From Thermoplasmata archaeon (lineage in GTDB: Archaea > Thermoplasmatota > Thermoplasmata > UBA10834), in NCBI GenBank assembly GCA_021789945.1, contig JAJYIS010000002.1:5379-69378 (forward strand): a stretch of 64,000 bases of DNA. The letters run 5' to 3'. A program made the translations under genes and the position numbers. The notes beneath the pieces were generated by a model, which was not told the DNA's origin, made no database searches, and worked only from the letters and a program-made list of their open reading frames with translations. How positions within the stretch are numbered: position 1 is the stretch's first letter; every line of letters begins with the position of its first letter. Of this stretch, positions 39,802 to 49,233 are shown piece after piece.

Positions 39802-41355
39802 TCAGGCGAGCCTCTTGGCCATGTAATGGCCCTTCAGCTCGTAGCCGAACTTGCGGTAGTAGTTCCTCGCGCCGACGCCGCTGGTCACCCAAAGCTCAGG
39901 GTGGCCCGCCGCGGATACCCGCTCCTCGCACTCCACCAAGAGCCTCTCGCCGAAGCCCTTGTGCTGCCACCTGCTTCCGGCCTTCTCGCTTATCGGCACC
40001 ATCTGGCCGTAGACATGGAGTTCCCTCAGCAGGGCGGGGCCGCCGCGCCGTGAGCCCGGGAACCGCAACCTCGCGTAGCCTATGAGTGAGTCGGATTCCG
40101 GGAGCTCGAAGGAGAGGAAGTGCTCAGTGCCCTTCGACGCTTTGTACGCGACCTCCTTGAGCTCCGCTGACCTCTCGTCGACATCCTCAGCGATGACGGG
40201 GACATGGCCTATCTCCCTGCATCTGATGCAGCGGCAGGCCCCGCCCTCATCCTTCAGCTTCCTCAGGACCAGCTCTCTGAGATGGCTCTTCTTCACGCCG
40301 GCCTCGATGAGCTGGACGGGGATGTCCCTCTGTATCCTCAGTATGCGGATCCACGGAGGGACGGACCTCTTGACCTCAGCGACGAGGTCGATAGTCTCCT
40401 CGAGGGTCATGGGCGAGTAGGCCCCTGCCTTCCAGGAATCGTACAGCTCGGTGCCCTTGATCACGAGCGTCGGATAGATCTTCAGCATGTCCGGCCGATA
40501 GCGCTCGTCCTCGACCATTGTCCTGAACGATCCCAGGTCCTTCGCCGGGGAGCTCCCAGGTAGCCCGGGCATCATGTGATAGGCGACCTTCAGACCGGCG
40601 TCCTTCGAGCGCTTGGTCGCGTCCGCGACCTCGGCCACATGGTGCCCGCGCTTGACGCCGTCCAGGACCTCGTCGTCGAGGATCTGCACTCCGAACTCGA
40701 CCTTGGTCGCCCCGAGAGACATCGAGTGCTCGACCTGCTGTTCCCTGAACCAGTCGGGCCTGGTCTCGACGGTCATGCCGACGCAGCGGGCCTTCGCATC
40801 CTCGTTCGCGACCTGGGCGGCCTTCAGGGAGCCGGACTCGGTCCCGTTCATCGCGTCGAAGCACCGCTTCACGAACCAGGCCTGATAGTCCTCCAGCCTC
40901 GACGTGAACGTGCCCCCCATGATAATCAGCTCGACCTTGTCCGTCCTGTGCCCTATGGCCCTCAGCTGCGCGAGTCTGCTGGAAGTCTGCTTGAAGGGGT
41001 CGTAGCCGTACATCGCGGCCCTGAGGGCCGCGGGCTCGCGGCCGGTATACGATTGGGGCGTGTCAATCGTGACCCCGCCTGGACAGTACGTGCATCTTCC
41101 GTGGGGGCACTCGAACGGGCTCGTCATGACGGCCACCGGGGCCACCCCGCTCATGGTCCTCACGGGCTTGTTCATGAGCAGGGGCTCCGCGAGCTCCCTG
41201 TACTCCTCGGGCACCCGCTCCAGGATCTCGTAGTTGGTCGGCACCCTCGCGAGGCCGTGCTTCTTGCACAGCTGCGCCTTCAACCTGAGGACCTCGCTCC
41301 GGGTCGACACCTTCCCGAGGACGATCGCTTGGACGAAGTCTTCGAAGTAGTCCAC
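39802..41355 (-). CDS. elp3: tRNA uridine(34) acetyltransferase Elp3 (radical SAM + KAT)
   Basis: KPVRTMSGVAPVAVM, CPHGRCTYCPGG, MGGTF, ETRPD, KIYPT, RELHVYG, QHKGFG. Confidence 0.95.
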   Translation of the reverse strand: MDYFEDFVQAIVLGKVSTRSEVLRLKAQLCKKHGLARVPTNYEILERVPEEYRELAEPLLMNKPVRTMSGVAPVAVMTSPFECPHGRCTYCPGGVTIDTPQSYTGREPAALRAAMYGYDPFKQTSSRLAQLRAIGHRTDKVELIIMGGTFTSRLEDYQAWFVKRCFDAMNGTESGSLKAAQVANEDAKARCVGMTVETRPDWFREQQVEHSMSLGATKVEFGVQILDDEVLDGVKRGHHVAEVADATKRSKDAGLKVAYHMMPGLPGSSPAKDLGSFRTMVEDERYRPDMLKIYPTLVIKGTELYDSWKAGAYSPMTLEETIDLVAEVKRSVPPWIRILRIQRDIPVQLIEAGVKKSHLRELVLRKLKDEGGACRCIRCREIGHVPVIAEDVDERSAELKEVAYKASKGTEHFLSFELPESDSLIGYARLRFPGSRRGGPALLRELHVYGQMVPISEKAGSRWQHKGFGERLLVECEERVSAAGHPELWVTSGVGARNYYRKFGYELKGHYMAKRLA

Positions 41356-41397
41356 GGCCAGCTGCTAGAACGGAGTCCGGATATCTAGTTATCGGGC

Positions 41398-41694
41398 TCA
41401 TCTGTACATCATCGAGTCGCCGTCCGCGGGCAGCTCCGGCATGCGGTGCTTGAGAGGGGCCCTCTTCCTGCCCTTCACCTCGACCTCGATCTCAGGGTTG
41501 AGCAGCCGGATGTAAACCTTGTCGCTCAGGGGCTCGAGGACGATGACCCCCTTGACCACGAGCGACTTCAGAGTGCGGTCGAGGACGTCCTTCCTGAGCG
41601 AGAGCTCGTCCCTCAGCTCCTCGACGGTGATCGGATACCACATCTTCAGGATGTCGATTATCCTGGCCTCCAGCCTATCTATCTGGACGGTCAT
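41398..41694 (-). CDS. Small winged-helix protein ending MMYR
   Basis: PITVEELRDEL.L....L...LKSL..KG.I.LEPL, a wHTH pattern. Confidence 0.65.
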   Translation of the reverse strand: MTVQIDRLEARIIDILKMWYPITVEELRDELSLRKDVLDRTLKSLVVKGVIVLEPLSDKVYIRLLNPEIEVEVKGRKRAPLKHRMPELPADGDSMMYR

Positions 41695-41703
41695 CCGATC
41701 AGG

Positions 41704-41988
41704 TCAGCCGAAGTACACGGCGTTGCTCTCGCCTTCCTTCTCTTCCTTCTCCTTCTCGGCCTTCAGGACGTCGATGGACATGATCATGTTAGCCGGTATC
41801 AGCCTCAGGCGGCCCTTGTCCTCGCCGTGGGACTTGTCCAACTCGATGACCAGGGCGGTGTCGTGCGCGACAGCCGCGTATCCCTTGAATATCCCGTTCG
41901 TCTCCATCGGGTGGTCCCTGGACTCGAGGCTCTTGATCCTGTACAACGAACCCTGCGTCAGCACGATCGCATCATCTTTTTTTGGCAT
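41704..41988 (-). CDS. Small beta-barrel (Sm/SH3-like) hypothetical protein with charged tail ending VYFG
   Basis: ATG after GGGTGA SD; G.FKGY...L.IE.....RLIP...I.SID strand pattern. Confidence 0.6.
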   Translation of the reverse strand: MPKKDDAIVLTQGSLYRIKSLESRDHPMETNGIFKGYAAVAHDTALVIELDKSHGEDKGRLRLIPANMIMSIDVLKAEKEKEEKEGESNAVYFG

Positions 41989-42451
41989 GCCTGTCACCCT
42001 TCTTGCTGGCCAGCTCCTGGAGGTGGTCAGCCGTCTTGCGGTAGTTCTCCATCGCGACCTGGACATGGGCTTCCGTGAAGTTCCACGCCTTGCTGAGGTT
42101 CCCGTACCTTATCCTGTAGCCCTTCCTCGGGTTGCCCTCGGCGTCCTCCGCGTTCATCTCCTCGAGCAGGTCGAACCCCTTGAGCTTGTTGATGTGCCTG
42201 TACACTGTGGCCTTCGTGGTGCCGAGCGCGGTCGCGAGGTCCTCGACAACCCAGGCCTTGTCAGGCCGCCCCAGGAAGAACTCGACGAACAGCCTGAAGG
42301 GCACGCTGTCCCTGATGTCGGTAACGTCGGTCTTCGGGTCGTAGCCCTTCGGAAAATACCCTATCTGATTCAGAAAGAGCATCGCGACCTCGTCGATGTC
42401 GTTCAGGGGAGTCAGCGGAGTGTTGCTCACGACATTTAGGTCGAAGCTCAT
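41972..42451 (-). CDS. Winged helix-turn-helix protein
   Basis: VEDLATALGTTKATVYRHINKLKGFDLLE. Confidence 0.75.
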   Translation of the reverse strand: MSFDLNVVSNTPLTPLNDIDEVAMLFLNQIGYFPKGYDPKTDVTDIRDSVPFRLFVEFFLGRPDKAWVVEDLATALGTTKATVYRHINKLKGFDLLEEMNAEDAEGNPRKGYRIRYGNLSKAWNFTEAHVQVAMENYRKTADHLQELASKKGDRHAKKR

Positions 42452-42513
42452 GCCGGTAAGAATCTTCTCGTGATTAGTTAAGCATTGTGCTTTTCAGGAA
42501 CGGCGGGCCGAGG

Positions 42514-43299
42514 TCACTCCTTCGACCTCTCCCTCGCCTGGGCTATCTCGAACTCCTCGTCGAGCTCAGTGAGGACCTTGCCCCGCACTGCGATGAACTC
42601 CCTGCTCGTCCTGTCCCTCGGCCTCTGGAGCTCCACCGGAATTATCTCCCTGACCTTCCCTGGCCTCGCGGTCATGACGACTATCTTGTCGGCGAGGAAC
42701 ACCGCCTCGTCGACGGAGTGGGTGACGAACAGGATCGTCTTCCCGGTCGCGGCCCAGATCCTGAGCAGCTCCTTCTGCATCAGGTTCCTCGTCTGCGCGT
42801 CCAGGGCTCCGAACGGCTCGTCCATCAGGAGCACCTCGGGCTCGTTCGCGAGGGCCCTCGCGATGCCCACGCGCTGCTTCATTCCGCCCGACAACTCGCT
42901 CGGAGGGGAGTCCTCGAACCCTTTGAGCCCCACGAGCTCGATGAACTTCGATGATATCCTGACCCTCTCCTGCTCGGGGACGCCCTTCATCTCCAGCCCG
43001 AACTCGATGTTCTTCCTCACGGTCCGCCACGGGAACAGCGCGAACTCCTGGAAGACCATCCCCCTGCCGGGCCCGGCAGAGGATACCTTCTTCCCGTGGA
43101 CCTGCACCGTCCCATAGGTGCCCTTCTCCAGGCCCGCGACGATCCTCAGGGCTGTGGTCTTCCCGCATCCGGAAGGCCCGAGGAGACAGACGAACTCGCC
43201 GTCCGAGATGTCCAGGGAGAAATCGCCGAGCGCGGTGATGGACCTCTTGTCCTTGGTGAAGGTCTTCGACAGGTGCTCTATATGGATGCAGACGCTCAT
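42514..43299 (-). CDS. ABC ATP-binding protein (nitrate/sulfonate/taurine family)
   Basis: GPSGCGKTT, FQEFALFPW, LSGGMKQRV, MDEPFGALD, VTH. Confidence 0.92.
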   Translation of the reverse strand: MSVCIHIEHLSKTFTKDKRSITALGDFSLDISDGEFVCLLGPSGCGKTTALRIVAGLEKGTYGTVQVHGKKVSSAGPGRGMVFQEFALFPWRTVRKNIEFGLEMKGVPEQERVRISSKFIELVGLKGFEDSPPSELSGGMKQRVGIARALANEPEVLLMDEPFGALDAQTRNLMQKELLRIWAATGKTILFVTHSVDEAVFLADKIVVMTARPGKVREIIPVELQRPRDRTSREFIAVRGKVLTELDEEFEIAQARERSKE

Positions 43300-44144
43300 T
43301 TCATCCCCATCCATCTGTAGACCCATCTCTCGATGAGGCCAGCGACCCCGGTCGTGAGCACGCTCAGGATGCCGATGACCACCATACCCGCGAACATCAG
43401 GTCGTATCGGCCGTACTGAGAGGTCGCGAAGATGTAGTACCCGACCCCTCCGCCGACGGCCCCGAGCATTTCGGCCGCGACGATGCACATCCAGCCGATG
43501 CCGAGGCCGACCTTGATCCCGGTCATCATGTGAGGGATTGTGGACGGGAATATGACGCTGGTGAAGATCTGATGGCCTTTGGCGCCGAGCGTCCGGGCGG
43601 CGTCGATGAGCAGGGGGTCGACGCTCTTCGCCCCCAGCCTCACGTTCAGGAGCACCGGGAAGAAGATCCCGAGGAAGACTATCAGTATCGGGCCCGTGGT
43701 GAACGCGAAGACGACCATGAATATAGGGACCCAGGCGAGAGGAGGTATCGGCCGGAAGAGCTCGACGATCGGGCTCGAGACCGCCTCCACGCTCCTCGAC
43801 CTGCCCATGAGCAGGCCCAAGGGCAGCGCCAACCCGAACGCCAGGAGAAAGCCGAGGAACATCCGCTTGAGGCTCGCGAGGATGTGGTCGGTCATCAGCA
43901 GCCTCGTCGCGGGGTCTGGGGTCGTGAAGGATCCGATCAGCGCCCCGAGGACGACCCACGGATAGGGAACGTACTCGGCGCTGGGTGAAGGCGTGCCGTG
44001 GAAAGGCCAGTCCGCGCGGAGCCAGGCGGCGTACAGCGACCAGAACAACAGGAATGCGGCCAGGGAGGCGGCCGATAGCAGTAGGAACTTCCAGTTGTCC
44101 AGGAAAGCTCTTCTCAGGGCCGTCTTGACCTTGACCAAATGCAC
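43296..44144 (-). CDS. ABC permease (SsuC/TauC family)
   Basis: RPIPPLAW, DAARTLGA, IVAAEM. Confidence 0.9.
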   Translation of the reverse strand: MHLVKVKTALRRAFLDNWKFLLLSAASLAAFLLFWSLYAAWLRADWPFHGTPSPSAEYVPYPWVVLGALIGSFTTPDPATRLLMTDHILASLKRMFLGFLLAFGLALPLGLLMGRSRSVEAVSSPIVELFRPIPPLAWVPIFMVVFAFTTGPILIVFLGIFFPVLLNVRLGAKSVDPLLIDAARTLGAKGHQIFTSVIFPSTIPHMMTGIKVGLGIGWMCIVAAEMLGAVGGGVGYYIFATSQYGRYDLMFAGMVVIGILSVLTTGVAGLIERWVYRWMGMK

Positions 44145-44193
44145 ACCCTCTGTCCGGAACAGAATTAGCCGTACGAAAAGGTTTGGTGCCGGC

Positions 44194-45297
44194 TCACGGC
44201 TTGATCTTCAGCTCGATGCCCTGCTTCTGAAGGGCATACTTCAGGAGCAGGAACTGTATCGTGCTCTCGCCGGGCGTCGCGACGGTCTTGTTCACGAGTC
44301 CGCTCAGGTCGTGTATCCCCGACCCGGCCTTGACCACGATGCCGCTCCCCTCGCTGTTCGCCTGAGAGATGATCGTCGTTTGCACATTGGCGTTGAGATG
44401 GTTCAGGATGGCAGGTGCTGCTCCCAGATAGCCGATGTCCACACTGCCTGCCAGGAACGCGGTCATCTCCGCGCCCCCGTTGGCGAACGGCGCGCCCACT
44501 GCGGCCGTGACGCTGAGCCCATACTCCTGGAACATGCTCTTTCCGTCTGAAAGGATGCTAGTGTTCTGCGCCACCACCTGCGCCATCTGGTGAAGGTCGC
44601 CCAGGAGGTACCCGAGCCTTATCGGGGCTGCACCGCTTACAGGGGTGACGTCCTCAGCGGCCGCGAGGTAAGACCCGTTGACGTACTTGCTGATGAAGTC
44701 CGCCGGGCTCGAGTACCCGCGGCTGGTCAGGGTCTGGTTGGTGGTCATGTTGGTCGAGATGTACATGTTGGTGAACTCCTCAAGGGCGGCCTTGAACTGC
44801 GAATCCATCTCATAATCGTACCTTATATGCGTGAACGCGGCCTCGACGACGCTCGCGTTTCTCTGCGTGAACTGGACGGCCATGTTGACCAGGAGGGTGT
44901 AATTTGCGCTCGACGGGTGGTCGAGTGCGTCGTTCATCCAGTTCGTTGCGTCCATATGTGCCCTGACGAATCTCGCGGCAAGCGCGGGACCGTCGGCCCC
45001 AGCGAGGAAGTTGTTGCTCACGGCGACGACGCAGCACGGGTGATTGGGCATGATCTGGCTGGACCATTCCAGCACGGTCCCGACGTCCCCCACGACAGAA
45101 TCGGAGACGTAGGGCTCCCAAGCGATGTAGCCATCGATCTTCCCGGACGCGAGCGCGGCGCTCATATCCTTCGGCGCGAGGTTGATGTAGTACACCGTCC
45201 CGCCCTTGCTCTGCTGATTGAGCATGAGTGAGGTCGCGACGGCTGCTACCACGATTAAGACCGTCAGAGTGCCTGCGATCAAGATCTTCCTGTCCAT
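44194..45297 (-). CDS. ABC substrate-binding protein (NrtA/SsuA family), circularly permuted
   Basis: N-terminal TM anchor; IDGYIAWEP/HPCC block precedes the IRLGY/DLHQ/F.NG/EGSGIVV/TIQ block. Confidence 0.82.
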   Translation of the reverse strand: MDRKILIAGTLTVLIVVAAVATSLMLNQQSKGGTVYYINLAPKDMSAALASGKIDGYIAWEPYVSDSVVGDVGTVLEWSSQIMPNHPCCVVAVSNNFLAGADGPALAARFVRAHMDATNWMNDALDHPSSANYTLLVNMAVQFTQRNASVVEAAFTHIRYDYEMDSQFKAALEEFTNMYISTNMTTNQTLTSRGYSSPADFISKYVNGSYLAAAEDVTPVSGAAPIRLGYLLGDLHQMAQVVAQNTSILSDGKSMFQEYGLSVTAAVGAPFANGGAEMTAFLAGSVDIGYLGAAPAILNHLNANVQTTIISQANSEGSGIVVKAGSGIHDLSGLVNKTVATPGESTIQFLLLKYALQKQGIELKIKP

Positions 45298-45349
45298 GAC
45301 AAGTCCCCGTTGAGCCATTGTCGGTTGACTATTAAGCCTTTTCCACTTA

Positions 45350-45376
45350 TGTATTGAAATCATAATACAATTGTAT
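45350..45376. promoter_or_regulatory. Overlapping palindromes between the divergent transporter and regulator
   Basis: Perfect ATACAATTGTAT (45365-45376) and TGTATT-N8-AATACA (45350-45369). Confidence 0.45.
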
Positions 45377-45413
45377 AAATAATGGGGAGTTGTTATCACT
45401 TCTCGGACAGAAG

Positions 45414-45935
45414 ATGGACAAAACTAGGAGTTTGCAGTCGGCGGCGATGGAGTCCGACCAGAAGTTCAGGACGACCCTTCACGAGGTGCTCCACGACCTC
45501 GGATGGACGGCGAAGGAACTCTCAAAGAAGGCCGGGATCTCGCCGAGCACACTGTACAAGATAATGAACGAAGACAGGTCGCCGAGCCTCGAGATCCTGC
45601 GGAAGATGCTCAGGGCTGTCCGCGAGGCCGAGGGCCTGAGGAGCGGGAGCTTCATCGCGTTGATCGTGACAAGGAGGGTTCTTGACGAGGTCGTCGAAAG
45701 GACCGTCGAGATCGAGGGCGAGACCGTCCGCGTCCGCGAGTACCCGGCCTCGACGGTTGAGGACGCCATAGTCGCGGCCGTCCGCGCGGAACAGGACGGG
45801 GCCGTCGCCGTGGTCTGCGCCCCAATCGTGAGCCCGACGGTCGAGAAGATCCTCGACATACCGATCGCGACGATAGTTCCTAGGGACAGCGTCACCGAGG
45901 CAATCAAGCTGGCCGCGAAGAAGTCCGTCGCCTAG
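45414..45935 (+). CDS. XRE-family HTH regulator with C-terminal ligand-binding-like domain
   Basis: ELSKKAGISPSTLYKI...RSPSL; AVVCAPIVS. Confidence 0.82.
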   Translation: MDKTRSLQSAAMESDQKFRTTLHEVLHDLGWTAKELSKKAGISPSTLYKIMNEDRSPSLEILRKMLRAVREAEGLRSGSFIALIVTRRVLDEVVERTVEIEGETVRVREYPASTVEDAIVAAVRAEQDGAVAVVCAPIVSPTVEKILDIPIATIVPRDSVTEAIKLAAKKSVA

Positions 45936-46665
45936 CGAAGCATCTCGCGTCGGATGCTCAGGTCATTCTCGACCACCACGAGCTCGCCCTTCCTCAGTCC
46001 CGGGAGCTCGGAGTCGTGCGGGACCGTGCTCTCCTGGTAGAGGACGACACAATCGTCGCCCCTGGATATCCTGAGATCGTAGTACTCCGACGGCTTGCCC
46101 GGGGCGTAGTCGCGGTATCCGCAGAGCCTCTTGCCGTCGGACACGAGCAGGATCGCGGCCGAGAAGTTCAGCTTCGAGATGTCGTCCACGATCAGAGACT
46201 TAAGCGCGGCCTCGAGGTCCTTCTTCTCGTCCATCAGATCAGCAAGCCTGGCCAGGAGGAGCTCGCTGTCGGTTACGCCCTTGGGCTTGTGTCTCGTCCT
46301 CGGCCTGAACCCCTCGACGGTGCCGTTGTGCGCCAGGACCAGCTCGTCCATCACGAACGGGTGCGTGTTCGGAAGGGACGCCTCCCCGACCGAGAGCGCG
46401 CGGACATGAGCGATGAGGATGTTCGGTGAGGGAACCTTCGTCACTTCTTTCAATGCCGCGTCGAACGACGGGTCCTGATACGCCCATCTCGAACTCCTGC
46501 CGATGTACCTCGGGGAGCCGTTCATGAACGACACCATCCCCCAGCCGTCCCTATGCCCGGGTGCATCATGACCAGGGATTCTGCCGACCTCGGAGACATG
46601 ACGGAGGTCGATGAGCGTCCCCATAGGGATCTCCCGCCTGAAGACCACGCCGACCATCCGGCACA
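45932..46665 (-). CDS. Class II (Ntn) glutamine amidotransferase-like protein
   Basis: MCRM N-terminal Cys, H.DGWG, AHVR, NTHPF, AHNG, TDSE. Confidence 0.88.
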
Positions 46666-47079
46666 TCACAGCACCTTGGGGACTATTTCGAGCTCGAGGT
46701 CCATGGAGTTCGTCACGAGGCACTTCCGCTTCGTCACCGAGAGAGCCTTGTCGAGGTTGCTCATCTTCGAACTGGGCGTGAACTTCATCTCTGGATAGAG
46801 GGTGATTTTCACGAACTTCCTGATGCCCTCGACGATCTCGAGCTGACCCACCGCCCTGCACCTGTACTCCAGGAGCTTGAGCCCGAGGTCGTTCGACACG
46901 CCAGCGAAGACGATCTGGTAGCACATGTTCGCGGAGCCGACAAACGCGTCCTCTGGGGTCAGCGGCCCTCGCATCCCATTCAGCTCCTCAGGGGCGGAGT
47001 ACTCGATGATCTGCCCGTTCTGGCAGTGGAGCCTGCCGGGGAACTTCTCAATCCACACGACTGTCGACTCGAAGTCCAT
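46666..47079 (-). CDS. OsmC/Ohr family protein
   Basis: TPED.FVGS..MCY and KCLVTNS cysteine pair. Confidence 0.8.
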   Translation of the reverse strand: MDFESTVVWIEKFPGRLHCQNGQIIEYSAPEELNGMRGPLTPEDAFVGSANMCYQIVFAGVSNDLGLKLLEYRCRAVGQLEIVEGIRKFVKITLYPEMKFTPSSKMSNLDKALSVTKRKCLVTNSMDLELEIVPKVL

Positions 47080-47201
47080 GCTAACCGGACTAGTCAGTAC
47101 AAACGCCCGATAAATAGTTTTGAACAAAATCGGCTTGGCGAATGCCAAGCCGTTTATGGTTTCGGAAGATGCTCAGGACTCTAGCGGACGCAAGTCTGGG
47201 T

Positions 47202-47615
47202 TTAGCCCAGGGCCTTCTTGATCTCGGCCTCGACCATCTGCTTCGGGTAGGCGCCCACGCTCTTGTGCACGAGCGAGCCGTCCTTGAAATACAGGAGGGT
47301 CGGGATGCTCGCGATCCTATACTTGCCCGCGGTCCCGTAGTTCTCGTCTGTGTTGAGCTTCGCGAAGACTATCTGGCCCTTCTTCTCCTTCGCGAGCGTC
47401 TCCACAGTCGGCGAAAGCATCCTGCACGGCCCGCACCAGGGGGCCCAGCAGTCCACCACGACCTTGGGGTACTTCTTGACGAACGAATCGAAAGTAGTAT
47501 CCGTGACCACGACTGGCTGGTCCGGCCACCCGTTGCCGCCTGACTGGCCCGCGGCCGCGCGCTGCATCATCTCCTGCAATTTCCTCTCCTTGATCTCGTC
47601 GACTTCGGTTGACAT
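47202..47615 (-). CDS. trxA: Thioredoxin
   Basis: DCWAPWCGPC, SIPT. Confidence 0.93.
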   Translation of the reverse strand: MSTEVDEIKERKLQEMMQRAAAGQSGGNGWPDQPVVVTDTTFDSFVKKYPKVVVDCWAPWCGPCRMLSPTVETLAKEKKGQIVFAKLNTDENYGTAGKYRIASIPTLLYFKDGSLVHKSVGAYPKQMVEAEIKKALG

Positions 47616-47797
47616 CTCGCTCACCAGGTTGTGCACGATTGTGCAACTTCCTTGCAATATCGAAGGAGCATCCCCCTATTAATCATTGCGCTTCAACACT
47701 GCGGCCCGCGGCCTCAAGACTTCGTCCTGAGAACGCGATGCCTGGCATAGCCAAGCTTTTTAAGGAGCGGATGGCGATACGGTCGCAGGGATGCCGG

Positions 47798-48085
47798 ATG
47801 CTCGAAGAAGCTTCTAATCTGATTGGATTGCAGGTCTACACCAGCCAAGGCATGTTCTTGGGGACGGTCTCGAACCTCGTGGTCGAGGTCGACGACAACA
47901 AGGTACAGGGGCTGTTCGTGAACAACACCAACCCGCTCCTCGTCGAAGGGTCCAAGGCCGTGAACGTGCCGTTCAGGTGGATCTCGGCCATAGGCGATGT
48001 CGTTATCCTGAGGTACTTCCCGAAGAGGGTCGCGGTCAAGAAGGGCGCGAAGTCGAAGTCCGAGAAGCTGAGTGTTCCGGAGTAA
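47798..48085 (+). CDS. PRC-barrel protein (CdpB1-like)
   Basis: LIGLQVYT..G..LG.V.NL....NP......VPFRWISAIGDVVIL. Confidence 0.82.
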   Translation: MLEEASNLIGLQVYTSQGMFLGTVSNLVVEVDDNKVQGLFVNNTNPLLVEGSKAVNVPFRWISAIGDVVILRYFPKRVAVKKGAKSKSEKLSVPE

Positions 48086-48111
48086 ATGCTTTATCACCCG
48101 CATCCTCTCGG

Positions 48112-48627
48112 ATGCTCGTGGCGAGCCCGAAGATAGACCCATCATGCTATGTCGCCCCAGAGGCGATAATCATCGGAGACGTGGTGATCGAGAAGGGCTG
48201 CAGCATCTGGCCCTATGCGGTCATCAGGGGCGACCTCTCATCAGTCAGGATAGGAGAGGGGTCGAGCGTCCAGGAGCATTGCCAGATACACGGGAACCCG
48301 GGGAGTCATTCGATTATCGGTAAGAACGTCTCCATGGGGCACGGATCCATCGTCCACGCGGCGAAGGTAGGGGACTACGTCATAGTCGGCATGAACTCGG
48401 TCGTGCTCGATGGCGCGGAGATCGGCAGTGGTTCGATCATCGGTGCGGGCGCGGTCGTGAAATCCGGTATGATCGTTCCAGAAGGGAGCCTCGTGGTCGG
48501 CGTCCCAGCGAAGATAGTCAAAGAGAACGACCCGTCCCTCCGAGAAGCCGCGAAGAAGAACGCCGAGGAATACCACGCGTTGAGGGACGCTCACAAGCGC
48601 GGGGAGTTCCCTCGGTTCGTCCATTGA
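48112..48627 (+). CDS. Gamma carbonic anhydrase family protein
   Basis: Hexapeptide repeats, IRGD, three Zn-ligand His residues (QIHG, GH...VH). Confidence 0.88.
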   Translation: MLVASPKIDPSCYVAPEAIIIGDVVIEKGCSIWPYAVIRGDLSSVRIGEGSSVQEHCQIHGNPGSHSIIGKNVSMGHGSIVHAAKVGDYVIVGMNSVVLDGAEIGSGSIIGAGAVVKSGMIVPEGSLVVGVPAKIVKENDPSLREAAKKNAEEYHALRDAHKRGEFPRFVH

Positions 48628-48678
48628 GCCCGTCGGTTTCGTCGAAAGTCTTACAGAGGAAGCCCTTATTCCGCCCTC

Positions 48679-49227
48679 ATGGACGCGGATCCGAAGAGCG
48701 TCTGGGACGCGATTTCCACCAGGCGCAGTGTTAGGAGCTTCGATGGCGAACCCATCGAAGATGGGAAGCTAGAGAGATGCCTCCAGGCGGCCAGGCTGGC
48801 CCCTTCCTGGGCGAACAAACAGTGTTGGCATTTCGTCGTCGTCAAGGGCAAGAAGGCTCTCGATGAGTCGGGCATTGTCCCTATGAACATAAGGAACCCA
48901 GCGGCCGTGATTGTCGCTTGCGGAGACCCCGCAAGGAGCGGCAACCGGGAGGGGAAGCCATACTACCTAGTCGACGTCGCTATAGCCGTCGAGCAGCTGG
49001 TCCTTGAAGCATGGGAGCTTGGGCTGGGCACCGTCTGGGTAGGGTTCTTCAACGAGGACAAGGTCAAGAAGGCGCTTGGGATTCCAGAGAACATCAGAGT
49101 CGTGGCGCTGGTCCCCATCGGATATCCCTCGGAGAAGAAGAGCATTACAGAGAAGCTGATGAAGACGGTGACAGGCATCGCCGACCGGAAGGACTTGAAG
49201 GAAATCGTGCACCAGGGGAATTGGTGA
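48679..49227 (+). CDS. Nitroreductase family protein
   Basis: RRSVRSF, APSWANKQ.W.F, LGLGTVW, IGYP. Confidence 0.9.
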   Translation: MDADPKSVWDAISTRRSVRSFDGEPIEDGKLERCLQAARLAPSWANKQCWHFVVVKGKKALDESGIVPMNIRNPAAVIVACGDPARSGNREGKPYYLVDVAIAVEQLVLEAWELGLGTVWVGFFNEDKVKKALGIPENIRVVALVPIGYPSEKKSITEKLMKTVTGIADRKDLKEIVHQGNW

Positions 49228-49233
49228 CCCGGC

